From Podarcis bocagei (Eukaryota): a stretch of 64,000 nt of DNA. The stretch is taken from NCBI GenBank assembly GCA_964188305.1, contig OZ076888.1; one strand, given 5' to 3'. Positions 60,519 to 64,000 of this stretch are shown piece by piece; position 1 is the stretch's first letter; the number at the start of each line of letters is the position of its first letter. The position numbers were made by a program, and so were the translations under genes. The notes beneath the pieces were generated by a model. The model ran no database searches. It saw nothing but the letters and a program-made list of their open reading frames with translations, and was not told the DNA's origin.

Positions 60519-62052
60519 AATTTTATTTATACCCCGCCCTTCCCGGTTCAGAAACGGGGCTCAGGGCGGCTAACAACAAATTTAAAACACTTAATTGTAA
60601 TACAACATAGAAACAGCATAAAAGCATGAGTAACAATAAAATTCAAAGTTCAAAAATCAATTTGGGGGAAATCCATCCAATAAGCATTAGATAGTCACCA
60701 GGGCTAGCTGGCTGAATTAGTCCTACTTGGGCCAGCGAGGAGGCCAGGGGAGAATTAGCTATGGGGTCTCAGAGCGGGTAATCTTCATAAAAAGGGAGGG
60801 GGAGGAAAGAGAAGGGAAGAGAAATAAAAGATCAGGCTGAATTCAAATTAAAGGCCAGGTGGAATAGCTCCATCTTACAGGCCTGGCGGAAGGAGGTTAA
60901 ATCCTGAAGGGCCCTGGTCTCATGGGACAGAGCATTCCACCAAGTCGGAGCCATCACTGACAAGGCCCTGGCCCTGGTGGAGGATAGTCTGACTTCCTTA
61001 GGGCCCAGGACCCCTAAACTATGGTTATTCATGGACCTTAAGGTCCTCTGTGGGGCATACCAGGAGAGACGGTCCCATAAATATGAGGGCCCTAAGCCAC
61101 AAAGGGCTTTAAAGGTCAAAACCAGCACTTTGAACCTGACCCTATACTCCACTGGGAGCCAGTGCAACTGGTAAAGCACTGGGTGAATATGCTCCCATGG
61201 CAGGGACCCCGTGAGAAGCCTCGCTGCAGCATTCTGCACTCACTGGAGTTTCTGGGACAGTTTCAAGGGCAGCCCCGCATAGAGCGAATTACAGTAGTCA
61301 AGCCTGGAGGTGACCGTTGCATGGATCACTGTGGCCAGACCGGGGCAGGAAAGGTAATGGACCAGCTGCTTAATGCGGCGAAGATAGAAAAATGTCGCCT
61401 TAGCTGTTGCTGCAACCTGTACCTCCATGGAAAGGGAGGCGTCAAGGATTACACCCAAACTCTTAACGGAAGGCACTGGCACTAATTGGATCCCTGCAAG
61501 AGAAGGGAGTTGGTCCCTCATCCCCATGCCATCCCGACCCAGCCAGAGGACCTCTGTCTTCGAAGGATTTAGTTTCAATCGGCTCCCACGAAAACCATCC
61601 AGACACAGCTTCCAAGCATCTGGCCGAGTCGGTGTGGCCATCCATCAGCGGATAGAGCTGAGTGTCAACAGCATGTTGGTGACAGCCCAGCCCAAAGCTC
61701 CGGACAATCTGGGCAAGGGGGTGCATAAAGATGTTAAAAAGCATCGGGGAGAGGATTGCACCCTGTGGCACTCCACACACCAAGGAATGGCGCAATGACA
61801 TCTCCCTCCCTAGTGCCACCCTCTGTCCCTGACCAGAGATAAAAGAGCAAAGCCATTGTCAGGCTGTGCACTGTATCCCCACATCGGTGAGGCAGTGGTC
61901 CAGAAGATCATGATCGACCATATCAAAGGCTGCTCACAGATCTAAGAATCAGCAATCCCGACCAGCCTCAATCCAGTTGTCTACGGAGGTCATCTGTTAG
62001 ACGGCTCTGGTCGCCCTCGGTCCCGAAACCAGGACGGAAACCGGACTGAAAA
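60519..62052 (-). mobile_element. L2-clade LINE, 5'-truncated, decayed RT
   Basis: Frameshifted fragments FQSGFRPGFGTE, GVPQGAILSPMLFNIFM, HQHAVDTQLY (decayed YADD), LKLNPSKTEVL, SRLDYCNSLYAGLP, QNAAARLLTG, LHWLPV.YRV.FK. 3' UTR ends GGGCGGGGTATAAATAAA. Confidence 0.93.
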
Positions 62053-63413
62053 TATGTATTTATATTAACAGAACTCAGCAGTCCTATGCTGATGTGATGC
62101 CATGACACAGGCATGGGGGGGGGCTCAGGCACCCCCTCAAATATTCCAGGATGGGGCCAGGCCCCCTCAACTGCGGGGCAAGCTGATGTGCCTGCCATGT
62201 CAGTTATCAGGATTATACAAATGTGTGAAAAGATAATTCTCTAAACACAGTTCTTATGCAGAAAAGAAAAAGGTCTGGTTGTTTCTGAAAGTCTCTACCA
62301 CCACACCACCCTCTGTACAATCAACCCTCTTACTTGAGTCAAGCCAGAAACTTGTAATTTAAAAAATAACTGCCCCACTTCTATCGCCTTGGCCAATGCC
62401 TTATGGATTGTTTTCCTCCAATTTGTAATACTGCAGATTACATTTCTGTTGCAATCATATTACTTCTCTGTGGCCACTGCAGGAATTGATGAAGTGGGAA
62501 AATAGCATTTAGGAGGCATCAGAGCATTTTGCCCTAATCAATAAGACACACCAAAATTACTTGTCCCTTAAAATTACATGAGTCCTTGTCCAGATCCATA
62601 ATGAAGGAATCTGCCAACTCTGTCTCCTTGCTGGGTGGTTAGAAAGATATGAACACAGCATAATAAAAGCAAGACGTTGGCTTTCACTGGAACAAACAGC
62701 TGTCCCGGTTTTCTGTTGGGCTGGATCAGAAGCTATGATCCCAAATGCTTTGGTGTGAAAAGGGGCAGCCACAACTGCAGATGCAACAAAGATTTAACAT
62801 TTAAATACACAACCACCACCAGAGCTAGCCCAGGCATTAGGCAGGGTGATGCCACTGCCTCAGGCACCAGCCTTGCTGCCACCTCAAGCAACGAAATCAT
62901 GCGAGATCTTGCCCAAAATTGGTATTGATAGCAGTGCCACTTCTCTGCCAGAGGCAGGGCACATGGCGGCAGCACAGCAGGCAATGGCAGGAGCAGGTAG
63001 GTGGCCTGGCAGCAGTGGTGGCAGCAGGTTAAAACAGCACTTCCGGTTTTGCCTCAAGCAGCCTGACACCAACATTGCACCACATCTCATCAAGATTGTC
63101 AAAAGTAGTACAACAACAACAACCTCTTTAGTGGCAATTAAATCTGTGCAACCTAAAAACACCACCACATACTTAGCCAAAGCCTTCTGATTACGGGTGT
63201 TCCATATGTGCATGACCGTGCATACGCACATCACTCCAAACCCAGAAGTTACCCAGCAATGTCAAAGACACCACTGAGACATCACTAAAAGGGCAGAGCA
63301 GAGGCAGAACAGGGAGTTTCCAGGCTTTTTCAATGAGTTTCGGTTATGTACAATTTCACCGACGCTCAAGTACCTTAGAATGTAACCCCCATGTAAACAG
63401 GGAGCTGCCTTTA

Positions 63414-63644
63414 CAGTGGTACTTCGGGTTACATACGCTTCAGGTTACAGACGCTTCATGTTACAGACTCCACTAACCCAGAAATAGTATCTCGGGTTAA
63501 GAACTTTGCTTCAGGATGAGAACAGAAATCGTGCGGCGGCAGCGGGAGGCCCCGTTAGCTAAAGTGGTACCTCAGGTTAAGAACAGTTTCAGGTTAAGAA
63601 CGGACCTCCAGAACGAATTAAGTTCTTAACCTGAGGTACCACTG
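63414..63644 (+). mobile_element. Tigger/pogo-like MITE
   Basis: TIRs CAGTGGTACTTCGGGTTA / TAACCTGAGGTACCACTG. TA TSD. Confidence 0.92.
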
Positions 63645-63758
63645 TACACACATCACTCAGAATACCCAAGCACCTGCATCACCCTGGTCAACATAAAGTT
63701 CTACAGAAAGAAAATGGGCATGAATCTAAAGGGTTTTCATCAAACAGACAATACACAG

Positions 63759-63860
63759 CATAGAATCATAGAATTATACAGTTAGAAGGGACCCTGAGTG
63801 ACAGTGCAGGATGCTGAACAAGATCACACGTGACAGGTGGCCATCCACCCTCTGCTTACA
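63759..63860 (-). mobile_element. CR1 LINE 3' remnant
   Basis: CATAGAATCATAGAAT tail (reverse complement) then GTTAGAAGGGACC. Confidence 0.6.
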
Positions 63861-64000
63861 GAAGCATCATGAGGTCCATGATCAGGCAAACCATGCAAAA
63901 GGTCACAGGAGCCCATGTGGCCCTCAGAAAGGCAATGGAGGGGGAACCTCCAGTGGACACAGTAGAAATGAATAGAGAGGAAAACAAGGAGGTGCCTTCA

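Overview
64 kb of AT-rich, repeat-dense vertebrate genomic DNA. The repeat complement (RTE-BovB, Sauria SINE, MIR/CORE-type SINE with (CTT)n tail, tRNA-Ile-headed SINE with CR1-type tail) points to a squamate reptile, most plausibly a lacertid lizard (inference). I recognise no host protein-coding exon, so the window reads as a large intron or gene desert. The only genuine protein-like sequence is decayed retroelement ORF: BovB RT, L2 RT and Penelope RT/GIY-YIG. Other content: many non-autonomous DNA transposons with readable TIRs and TSDs (hAT, Tigger/pogo-like, Tc2-like), two solo LTRs, several SINE families, microsatellites, one 200-N scaffold gap, and several TE-free blocks that look like conserved enhancers. 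Most notable: (1) a young 919-bp hAT element (perfect TIRs and 8-bp TSD) carrying a CpG-island-like cargo with splice donors, CRE and IRF motifs and an exact 22-nt telomeric G-quadruplex sequence; (2) other DNA transposons with variable GC-rich or promoter-motif cargo, suggesting Pack-type capture; (3) a Penelope-like element with a hammerhead-ribozyme-like core and a stuttered 5' junction; (4) a solo LTR with a triplicated CCAAT/octamer enhancer unit. Family names come from motif recognition, not database searches.
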